From: an uncultured Candidatus Saccharibacteria bacterium | GTDB taxonomy: Bacteria; Patescibacteriota; Minisyncoccia; Sungbacterales; HO2-52-23 | Direction of reading: 5' to 3' | DNA length: 64,000 nucleotides | NCBI GenBank assembly: GCA_964501445.1 | Contig: CAZCSJ010000001.1 | Location: forward strand, 7,248 to 71,247 | Shown: one piece after another, positions 46,421 to 54,123 of the stretch | How the letters are laid out: each line of letters begins with the position of its first letter | How positions within the stretch are numbered: the first letter of the stretch is position 1 | Program-made: the position numbers and the translations under genes | The notes under the pieces: model-generated | What the model was told of the DNA's origin: nothing | The model's database searches: none | What the model saw: the letters and a program-made list of their open reading frames with translations, nothing else

Positions 46421-46450
46421 CATAAAAGCGAATAAACGAAGTGCTTCGAG

Positions 46451-47977
46451 CTACCGAGCATACTCAATCACCCTATTCTCCCGTATCACATTTACCTTAA
46501 TCTCCCCCGGATATTTGAGTTCGTTTTCAATTTGGATCGCGATGTTTCGCGCAAGCTCCCGCGCTTCAAGGTCGCTTATTTTCTCGGGTGTGACAAAAAT
46601 CCGTATTTCGCGGCCGCCGGAGATCGCGTATGTTTTTTCCACCCCATCAAATGAGTTTGCGATCCGTTCAAGATCTTCCAGTCGCTTGATGTAATGTTCA
46701 AGCGTGTCGCGGCGCGCACCCGGGCGTGAGGCGGAGATCGCGTCTACCGTCTGCACAATGACGGATTCTATGGTTTCGTACGGATACTCTTCGTGATGCG
46801 ATTGCATGGCTTTTATCACCCGCTCGTCCACGCCGAATTTCTGGAGGATCCGCCTGCCGATTTCCACATGCGTTCCCGTCACCTCGTGGTCAACCGCTTT
46901 TCCGATATCGTGCAGGAGCGCTCCTTTCTTTGCAATTGCGATGTCTCCCCCGACCTCCGAAGCAAGCATGCCTGCCAAGTGCGCCATTTCTATTGAGTGG
47001 TGGAGCACATTTTGTCCGTAGCTCGTGCGGAATGCCAACCGCCCGAGGAGGGTGACAAGCCGCGGGTCAAGGTCAAAGATGCCGACCTCAAATGCCGCCT
47101 GCTCGCCCGATTTTTTGACTTCTTTCTCTATTTCCGTACGCGCCTTCTCTACGGTTTCTTCAATACGCGCGGGCTGGATCCGCCCGTCCTGAATCAACAT
47201 TTCCAGCGCCATTTTTGCGATGTGGCGGCGCACGGGGTCAAAGCCGGAAATCACAATGGAACCCGGCGTTTCGTCCACAATAATCTCCACACCCGCCGCG
47301 CGCTCCAGCGCCTTGATGTTTCGCCCCTCCTTTCCGATTATTTTTCCCTTGAGGTCGTCTGAGGGAATCGCAACAGTGGTGGTGGTGACCTCTGAAGTTG
47401 TCGCAGAGGCAATGCGCTGGATAACGGCGGCGAGGATGTGTTTTGCCCTCTGTTCCAGCGCTTCAACGCCATGCACTTCAAGTTTCTTTACGCGCACCAT
47501 CATGTCCTCGGCGTGGTCCCGCTCAACTTTGGCGACCAATTCCTTTTTTGCTTCTTCCTCGGAGAGATGCGCGACCCGCTCAAGTTCTTTCCCGAGCGCT
47601 TCATGTTTTTCCTCAAGCTCGGTTTTTACCGTTTTTACCTTTTCAATCCGCGCCTCCACGTCCCGCTCCCGTTTTTCAAACTCTTGAGCCCTCCGGTCAA
47701 ACGCGGTTTCGCGCTCAAGCAGCCGTTCTTCAAGACGCCGCACCTGCGAGAGCAAGTCCTTCTCTTCCTTTTTTGCGCTATCAGCAATGCGCGCTGCCTC
47801 TTCCTTTGCATTGAGGACGGTATCTTTTGCTTCGCGCTTCGCGTCCTCAACCAGTTTACGGAGGCGCGCTTCAATGGATGAGCGCCGGATGACGACGACG
47901 AGCTGCCGGATGAGGTAGCCGAGCACGACGCCAAGTCCGAGCACGAGCGCTCCCCATACCATAAGTGATGTATTCAT
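46451..47977 (-). CDS. rny: Ribonuclease Y
   Basis: 508 aa. N-terminal TM, long coiled coil, KH domain (GKIIGKEGRNIK) and HD domain (LLHDIGK). Confidence 0.95.
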   Translation of the reverse strand: MNTSLMVWGALVLGLGVVLGYLIRQLVVVIRRSSIEARLRKLVEDAKREAKDTVLNAKEEAARIADSAKKEEKDLLSQVRRLEERLLERETAFDRRAQEFEKRERDVEARIEKVKTVKTELEEKHEALGKELERVAHLSEEEAKKELVAKVERDHAEDMMVRVKKLEVHGVEALEQRAKHILAAVIQRIASATTSEVTTTTVAIPSDDLKGKIIGKEGRNIKALERAAGVEIIVDETPGSIVISGFDPVRRHIAKMALEMLIQDGRIQPARIEETVEKARTEIEKEVKKSGEQAAFEVGIFDLDPRLVTLLGRLAFRTSYGQNVLHHSIEMAHLAGMLASEVGGDIAIAKKGALLHDIGKAVDHEVTGTHVEIGRRILQKFGVDERVIKAMQSHHEEYPYETIESVIVQTVDAISASRPGARRDTLEHYIKRLEDLERIANSFDGVEKTYAISGGREIRIFVTPEKISDLEARELARNIAIQIENELKYPGEIKVNVIRENRVIEYAR

Positions 47978-48204
47978 ACATGGAACTCCCTTAAATCACA
48001 AAGGTCCTCTTTCCGGAAGAGGATAATGAGGGAGAGATATCGCAAATGTTACATTACCGATCGGTTGAGATCGGTTGAGGCATGAGAATAGAGGTGTGGA
48101 GCGGAAGAAAATCTCATGAAATGGTCTACCTTTTGCTCATTATCGCTCTTCCCGTGTGACCGGGAGCGTGTTATTCAAAAAGTTATTTGCTTTCTATAAC
48201 TCGC

Positions 48205-48233
48205 ATCGTAGCACTCCTGTTTTCTGATGTCAA
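48205..48233 (-). promoter_or_regulatory. Candidate sigma-70 promoter for rny
   Basis: On the minus strand, TTGACA (48233-48228), a 17-nt spacer, then TACGAT (48210-48205). This would give a roughly 220-nt leader. Confidence 0.45.
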
Positions 48234-48528
48234 AAAAAGATGTAATATCCACTCGCGTCATTGACATTTTGTCCCTTCCCGCGCGGGTCCTTCTCGCCCC
48301 ATCCTTTCCCGCTCACAGTGCTCCGCGCGGACACATTCTACGCGCTCCGCTCGGGGAACCCCTCCGTGTTCTCCGACGATACGTCGGAGCCCCGGTTTCC
48401 CCTTCGCTCCGCCTGCGTGAATGTGTATCCGGCGCTCCGCAAGTTCGCGGATAAAGGGTGGTGCGTGCTCCCGCGCGGGAATACCATATCCCAGAGCAGT
48501 CGAGCCGCCTCGTTTACGTGCGGCGCTC

Positions 48529-48611
48529 AAAGGTGCGGCGGGCATGGTTTGTCAAGGCTCTCATTCGTTGCCGTCCGCAGGACATACTGCCTTGACAACC
48601 GACGCACCTTT
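48529..48611 (+). other. GCGGGCATGGT structured motif, copy 3 (strand not established)
   Basis: P1 AAAGGTGCG/CGCACCTTT; J GCGGGCATGGT; P2 TTGTCAAGGC/GCCTTGACAA with a 30-nt loop; J CCGA. Followed 10 nt later by the shared 21-mer at 48622-48642. Confidence 0.5.
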
Positions 48612-48741
48612 GCGCGAACCTAAAATCCTCGCTGGGGATTTTGGGTGACCGCACTGAGCGAGGCGGCGAGGCCTGCCTGCCGGCAGAGAACCGCGATGGA
48701 TTCCTACAAAAAAAGAGGTCTCTGGTGTTACCTAAAGACCC

Positions 48742-49656
48742 CTACGAAAGCGATTGGTGGAGGATTTTTGCGGCAGGAGAACGCCGAAGCTTTTCCAGTG
48801 CATTGGCCTCAATCTGGCGTACGCGCTCGCGGGCTATCCCAAATATGTTCCCTACTTCTCTAAGAGAAAGCCCCTGTTCCCCTCCGATGCCGAAACGCAG
48901 CCGTACCACTTGGGCGTGGCGTTCAGGGAGAGTGTTTTTCAGGAGCGCATCCACTCTTTGCGCAAAATCGCGAGCGGCGATTTGTTCATCGAGCGGTGTC
49001 TGGCCGTCCGGGATGTTTGCGCCAAGCCGATCCGGCTCTTGCGTGGGTCGTTTTCCTTCTTCGTTGACAGCTTCGTCAAGCGAACGAAGGGGTTTGGCCA
49101 CCACAAGTTCCCTCATTTGAAAAATAATTTTTGGGGGGAGGCCTATTTCTCGAGCGATCTCCGCGTCAGTCGGATCTCTCCCGAGTTCCACAGAGAGGCG
49201 GCGAGTCGCGTATTTGATGCGCGAACGCCGGTCGTGGATATGAACGGGAATACGTATGGTCCTCCCGTAGTCCGCATTCGCGCGGCTCACTGCCTGCCGA
49301 ATCCACCATGTCGCGTACGTTGAAAATTTAAACCCCTTGCGGTAGTCAAACTTGTCAACTGCCCGGAGAAGGCCGACGTTTCCTTCCTGAATTAAATCCA
49401 GGAAGGTGAGGTTTGACGACCCGTCCAGATGATTTTTGACAATGGAAACCACAAGGCGGAGATTTGCCAGATATAGTTTCTCCCGCGCCTTTGCATCCCC
49501 CTTTTCCATCCGCCTGCCAAGCTCCTGTTCCTCCTCTTTGCTCAAGAGCGGGATTTTCCCGATTTTATAGGCGTAGAGACGGAGGGAACTTTCCAGAATC
49601 TCGCTCTCCTTATTTCCTTTCCCATTCTCTCCATCTCCATCGTGATATCTTTCCAT
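48742..49656 (-). CDS. RNA polymerase sigma-70 family factor (RpoD/SigA-like, lacking region 1.1)
   Basis: 304 aa. Region 2 [35 protein letters not shown] and a region 4 HTH. Canonical SD AAGGAGG lies 8 nt upstream of the ATG. Confidence 0.92.
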   Translation of the reverse strand: MERYHDGDGENGKGNKESEILESSLRLYAYKIGKIPLLSKEEEQELGRRMEKGDAKAREKLYLANLRLVVSIVKNHLDGSSNLTFLDLIQEGNVGLLRAVDKFDYRKGFKFSTYATWWIRQAVSRANADYGRTIRIPVHIHDRRSRIKYATRRLSVELGRDPTDAEIAREIGLPPKIIFQMRELVVAKPLRSLDEAVNEEGKRPTQEPDRLGANIPDGQTPLDEQIAARDFAQRVDALLKNTLPERHAQVVRLRFGIGGEQGLSLREVGNIFGIARERVRQIEANALEKLRRSPAAKILHQSLS

Positions 49657-49782
49657 TCATGTATCCTCCTTATTTCCAAGGTACTGGGTACGATTCTCCA
49701 GAGCGCACGCTCTAGATTTTGCACATAGCGTAACACCCCATGCATGAAATACAAGTGGCGCAGCCGTGGTATAATCCATCGT

Positions 49783-51363
49783 ATGACAAGAAAACCGTTG
49801 CTTCTCGTAATTCTTGACGGCTTCGGGGTTTCCATTGACCCCAAAGGCAATCCGGTTGCGGAAGCAAAAAAACCAACGCTTGAGATGCTTGAACGCGAGT
49901 TTCCTTTTACCACGCTTCAAGCGTCGGGCGTGGCAGTCGGCCTCCCGTGGGGAGAAGCAGGAAACTCCGAGGTGGGGCATTTGACGATTGGCTCTGGCCG
50001 CGTCATCTACCACCACCTTCCGCGCATCATCAATGCGATTGCGGATGAATCATTTTTCAAAAACGAGGCGTTTTTGGGTGCGGCCGCGCATGTAAAAAAG
50101 AATAATACACGCTTCCATATTGCGGGGCTCGTGTCTTCCGGCTCCGTGCATGCGTATATTGACCATCTCTACGCAATTCTTGATTTTACCAAACAGCAAG
50201 GAATCGCCGAAGTATATCTGCATCTTTTTTCCGATGGCAAAGACGCGCCGCCGCAAGAGGGCGCAACGTTTTATGAAGCGCTTGAAGAGCGGCTGCAGCG
50301 CGACTATCCGCACGCGCGGATCGCTTCCCTCATCGGAAGGTTTTACGCCCTTGACCGCGGCGAACAGTGGGAGAGAACACAAATCGCATACGCGCTTCTG
50401 ACAGAAGGGAAGGGTGAAATAATCTCTTCGGTTCCCGAATATCTCTCGCGTTCCTACAAAGAAGGCCTTGCGGATGAAACCATCCGTCCGGCCCTCGTCG
50501 CGGATGCGAAAGGCACTCCTCTTCCCCGAATTGCAGAGGGTGATGCGCTTATCTTTACCGATTTTCGCGAGGACTCAATGCGGCAACTCGCGCATGCGTT
50601 TGGGGACGTCGCATTTGACCATTTTCCCCGAAAGAAGGTGGAAAATCTCTTTTTGGCAACTATGACCGAGTACGAAAAGGGACTCGCGGCGCACCCTGCC
50701 TTTCCGCAATTTGGAGTCGCTTGGCCTCTTGCGCGGGTGCTTGGAGACGCGGGATTGCGCCACCTCCACATTGCCGAAACCCAGAAGTACGCGCACGTGA
50801 CGTATTTTTTCAACGGAGGGATTGAGAAGCCGTTTCCGGACGAGGAGCGAGTGCTGATTCCTTCAGCACCCGCCGCGCACTTTGACGAGGCGCCGGAGAT
50901 GCGGGCACCTGACATCACGCAAAAAATTATACAGGGGCTGGATACCTATGATGTGATTATCGCAAACTACGCCAATGCCGACATGGTGGGGCATTCCGGC
51001 AATTTTCAGGCAGCGATTCGCGCGGTAGAAGCGATTGATGCAGCGCTCGGCGAGCTCGCAAACGCGATTCTCTCGCGGCCCAATGCCGTGATGATTGTGA
51101 CCGGAGACCACGGAAATGTGGAGTTAAAACGTCATTTGGTCTCGGGTGAGAAGCGAACCGAACACTCACTCTCCCCGGTCTACTGCATACTCGTGGGAAA
51201 GGAGTTTCGCCGCGCGGTTCCCCGCACCTCCGACGAGGTGCTCCGGGCAAAAAAAGAAGTCGGCGGGATTTTGACCGACATCGCGCCGACAATCATTGAA
51301 CTGCTTGGGTTAAAAAAACCCGCGGAGATGACAGGTGAAAGTTTGATTAAAATCCTTTTATAG
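49783..51363 (+). CDS. gpmI: 2,3-bisphosphoglycerate-independent phosphoglycerate mutase
   Basis: LLLVILDGFG, SEVGHLT.GSGR and GDHGN motifs. I place the start at the ATG at 49783 (MTRKPLLL..). Confidence 0.93.
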   Translation: MTRKPLLLVILDGFGVSIDPKGNPVAEAKKPTLEMLEREFPFTTLQASGVAVGLPWGEAGNSEVGHLTIGSGRVIYHHLPRIINAIADESFFKNEAFLGAAAHVKKNNTRFHIAGLVSSGSVHAYIDHLYAILDFTKQQGIAEVYLHLFSDGKDAPPQEGATFYEALEERLQRDYPHARIASLIGRFYALDRGEQWERTQIAYALLTEGKGEIISSVPEYLSRSYKEGLADETIRPALVADAKGTPLPRIAEGDALIFTDFREDSMRQLAHAFGDVAFDHFPRKKVENLFLATMTEYEKGLAAHPAFPQFGVAWPLARVLGDAGLRHLHIAETQKYAHVTYFFNGGIEKPFPDEERVLIPSAPAAHFDEAPEMRAPDITQKIIQGLDTYDVIIANYANADMVGHSGNFQAAIRAVEAIDAALGELANAILSRPNAVMIVTGDHGNVELKRHLVSGEKRTEHSLSPVYCILVGKEFRRAVPRTSDEVLRAKKEVGGILTDIAPTIIELLGLKKPAEMTGESLIKILL

Positions 51364-51396
51364 TAAACCCGCCAATCTGCCTTCGCCACTCCCCTA

Positions 51397-51424
51397 TTGA
51401 CAGATTATCGAGATTTGCTATACT
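51397..51424 (+). promoter_or_regulatory. Near-consensus sigma-70 promoter with no CDS downstream
   Basis: TTGACA (51397-51402), a 16-nt spacer, then TATACT (51419-51424). It is followed within about 20 nt by the terminator hairpin. Confidence 0.45.
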
Positions 51425-51442
51425 TACAATGTGATGACACTC

Positions 51443-51476
51443 TGGAGTATCCGCAAGGATAGCTCCAGATTTTTTA
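51443..51476. terminator. Bidirectional terminator between gpmI and the NYN gene
   Basis: CTGGAG-TATCC-GCAA-GGATA-GCTCCAG followed by ATTTTTTATT on the + strand. It abuts the NYN stop codon at 51474. Confidence 0.75.
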
Positions 51477-51986
51477 TTGGCTGATTTCGTCTTTGAGTTT
51501 ACGAAGATCAATATACTTTGCTCTCTCCAGCAATTCTTTTGAGATATGACCTCTCGTGGACATTACAATAATTCGTTTTCCTGCCTTTTTTATTCGGTCA
51601 ATCGGCACGGCAAAATCGCTGTCTCCTGATAAAAGCACCGCCGTATCATATTTCTCTTTTGTGTCATCCATTTCAAAAGCAAGTTCCATATCCAAATTGC
51701 TTTTCCACTCCTCTTTGCCGCTTTTTCGGTCTTTTATCCTCTTAACAACTTTTGTTCTCAAAATATAGCCGTTAATCTCCAGCATATCCAGAAATTTCCT
51801 CTGCCCCGTATTAAACTCGTCTACTCCTTTGTAGATAAAACACTTAATCTCATCACCGCACTCTTGCTCGAGATAGCCCCTCAGCCTCTCATAGGAAATC
51901 CTCCAACCCAAAGTGCGCTGTGCATAAAACACATTTTCAGCGTCTATAAAAACATACACTTTTCCTTTTATGAACTGCCGCAACAT
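51474..51986 (-). CDS. NYN-domain (LabA-like, PIN-like RNase fold) protein
   Basis: 170 aa. N-terminal VYVFIDAENV and LLSGDSDF acidic motifs of the NYN/LabA family. Visibly AT-rich. Confidence 0.8.
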   Translation of the reverse strand: MLRQFIKGKVYVFIDAENVFYAQRTLGWRISYERLRGYLEQECGDEIKCFIYKGVDEFNTGQRKFLDMLEINGYILRTKVVKRIKDRKSGKEEWKSNLDMELAFEMDDTKEKYDTAVLLSGDSDFAVPIDRIKKAGKRIIVMSTRGHISKELLERAKYIDLRKLKDEISQ

Positions 51987-52013
51987 AACCCACTATCAAT
52001 GTAACAGGTTTAT

Positions 52014-52391
52014 TTAGGTTCGGCTAACTTTTGCGGCATGGCGTTTGGCGAGCGCGCGCTCTCGCGCGCGCCGGAATTTTGCCGTATCAAGATATCGTTT
52101 CCACGCGAGCACCCGGAAACGGATAAAGACGTGCGGGTCTCCGCGAAGCAACTTTCCTTCTTCTGCGACGCGGTGCTGGAGGAGCGGGGGCGCGTTCCAA
52201 AGGTCTACAAGGTCAATTTTGTCTTCTGAAATTTTCAGCATACGGGCAATTTTACATGCGAGGTCCGCTTTCTCTTCCATATCCAACGCGTGGTCGGCAA
52301 GCGCCGCCACATCCGCGTCTGAATTTTTACTTTCGGTTCCTCGCGCGCGGGAACCAAAGAGGACGATGAATTGTACGCCAACCATAGGCAT
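52014..52391 (-). CDS. Minimal nucleotidyltransferase (MNT/MntA-like) domain protein
   Basis: 125 aa. LFGSRARGTESKNSDADVA is the GS-x9-12-D.D NTase motif. It lies 27 nt upstream of the NYN gene. Confidence 0.8.
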   Translation of the reverse strand: MPMVGVQFIVLFGSRARGTESKNSDADVAALADHALDMEEKADLACKIARMLKISEDKIDLVDLWNAPPLLQHRVAEEGKLLRGDPHVFIRFRVLAWKRYLDTAKFRRARERALAKRHAAKVSRT

Positions 52392-52420
52392 GGCCCCACT
52401 ATAGCACCGTTTCCCCTCAG

Positions 52421-53305
52421 TTAGAAGAAAAGTATCGCGAGCACAACCGCCGCGGCGACCAAAAGAAATCCCGCCATAGGAATCCCGACGAGGATTTTTT
52501 TGTCACGGCCGGTGGGGGCCACTTCCCCGCCTTTTGCGTCTTTGAGCGCGCGATAGAGAAGGTAGATGTACGCAGTCGCAAATGGCGTGAGGAAAATCGC
52601 GGGTATGGCGGAAAGAAAATCAAGCCAATCGTCGGGAATATTAGTGAGGATATCAAGAATCATAAACGGCGCCATTGCGGCAATCCAAATCGCGGCAAGG
52701 AGAAGCAGGCGCCACACCACAGCCAACCAGTAGCCCTCCACATACTTTTTGCTTTTGGCGAGCGCCCGAAATCCCCGTTCGTTTTCGGATACAAGCACAT
52801 AGAGCGCTGGAAAAAACCACACAAGCATCACAATGCCGGGGAGAAAAAAGAGGAGAAAACTGCCGAGGGTCAAAAGACCTCCGAGAATCGTGACCCAGAG
52901 ATACGGGAGAATCTTTGCAAAACCGCGCGAAAATGATTCACGGATGCCGATTTTTTCTTCCGCATCCTTCAGAGCGTATAGTAACGCGAGTTCGCTCCAG
53001 AGTTGCAGGAACCATGCCAGAATCCAGACGAGAATCACGGAGCCGAAAAGCACAATATCTTTTGTAAGGGGCATACGCCATGCGATGGCATTATCTGCCG
53101 CCTCCCCCAGCGCCAAAAACACGGATGTCAAAAGTAGTACGACTGCGAGCGGAATAAAAACAATCCCCAAGAGCGTCCAGAATCGGCTGCGGTAGAGCGT
53201 CCACGCATTTTTCAGGAGCGCCCTCGCGCTCAAGAAACCCGCTGCATGGGGCGCGGGCAATTCCGGGCGCTGGAGTTCTGATGAGAGAAGTTCGGGAGAG
53301 GGCAT
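52421..53305 (-). CDS. Multi-pass membrane protein (6-7 TM), function unknown
   Basis: 294 aa with repeated hydrophobic helices. No motif recognised. Confidence 0.7.
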   Translation of the reverse strand: MPSPELLSSELQRPELPAPHAAGFLSARALLKNAWTLYRSRFWTLLGIVFIPLAVVLLLTSVFLALGEAADNAIAWRMPLTKDIVLFGSVILVWILAWFLQLWSELALLYALKDAEEKIGIRESFSRGFAKILPYLWVTILGGLLTLGSFLLFFLPGIVMLVWFFPALYVLVSENERGFRALAKSKKYVEGYWLAVVWRLLLLAAIWIAAMAPFMILDILTNIPDDWLDFLSAIPAIFLTPFATAYIYLLYRALKDAKGGEVAPTGRDKKILVGIPMAGFLLVAAAVVLAILFF

Positions 53306-53407
53306 CCCGTTAGAGATTTTTATGTGGTGTTGAGTACCTAAAAGATAGAGACCCTATACGCATCATCCTCCAAGATTTTGATTTCATAGTCGCATCTCTA
53401 ACGGGAT
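53304..53407 (-). repeat. Family-B inverted-repeat element, copy 3 (clpP stop to next start)
   Basis: ATCCCGTTAGAGAT (53304-53317) and ATCTCTAACGGGAT (53394-53407). Confidence 0.9.
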
Positions 53408-53413
53408 CACGAA

Positions 53414-54031
53414 TTATTTCCCATTCGTTTTTCGCTTGATGATTTCATCAATGATGCCGTACTTTTTTGCGTCCTCGGCGGTCATGTACTTGTCGCGCTC
53501 GGTGTCGTCATGCACTTGCTCCAGCGTTCTGCCGCTGTGTTTTGCGAGGATTTGGTTGAGTCGTTCTTTGAGTTGTAAGATATGCTTTGCAGAAATTTCA
53601 ATCTCCGTTGCCTGCCCCTCAATGCCGCCTGCCATCACTTGGTGGATCATCACCTCCGCGTTCTGGAGCGCGAAGCGTTTGCCTTTTGCTCCTGCGGCAA
53701 GCAGCAACGCCGCGCCCGATGCCGCCATGCCGACACAAATGGTTGAGACATCGGGCTTCACATACTGCATGGTGTCGTAGATCGCCAAAGTCGCCGGAAC
53801 CGAACCGCCCGGGGAATTGACATAGAGCTTGATGTCTTTTTTTTCATCCTCCGATTCAAGGAAAAGGAGCTGGGCAATAATGGCGTTTGCCACCGGGTCC
53901 ACGATCGGCCCGCCAAGGAAAATAATCCGCTCTTTTAAGAGCCGCGAGTAGATGTCGTATGCCCGCTCGCCAAACTGCGATTTTTCAATGACGGTCGGAA
54001 TGAGGTATTGGTTGTAGGTTTCGTTATTCAT
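53414..54031 (-). CDS. clpP: ATP-dependent Clp protease proteolytic subunit
   Basis: 205 aa. [14 protein letters not shown] (catalytic Ser), IHQ (His), and DTERD. Confidence 0.97.
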   Translation of the reverse strand: MNNETYNQYLIPTVIEKSQFGERAYDIYSRLLKERIIFLGGPIVDPVANAIIAQLLFLESEDEKKDIKLYVNSPGGSVPATLAIYDTMQYVKPDVSTICVGMAASGAALLLAAGAKGKRFALQNAEVMIHQVMAGGIEGQATEIEISAKHILQLKERLNQILAKHSGRTLEQVHDDTERDKYMTAEDAKKYGIIDEIIKRKTNGK

Positions 54032-54033
54032 GT

Positions 54034-54122
54034 ATCGCGATGCTAATATACTAATGCATACTAATTATACTAATACTTCCTATCCATTCGTATCATTGGT
54101 ATAATTCGTATATTCGCATCGA
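54034..54122 (-). repeat. Family-A intergenic TIR repeat, copy 5 (tig stop to clpP start)
   Basis: TCGCGATGCTAATATACTAATGCATAC...CATTCGTATCATTGGTATAATTCGTATATTCGCATCG. Confidence 0.9.
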
Positions 54123-54123
54123 T

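Noticed and set aside
48250-48620. RNase P RNA
   Set aside because: The size is right, but only a weak match to the P4 5-prime motif is seen on the minus strand, at the wrong distance from the ends. No ACAGAA.CCGGCUUA-type partner strand is visible on either strand.
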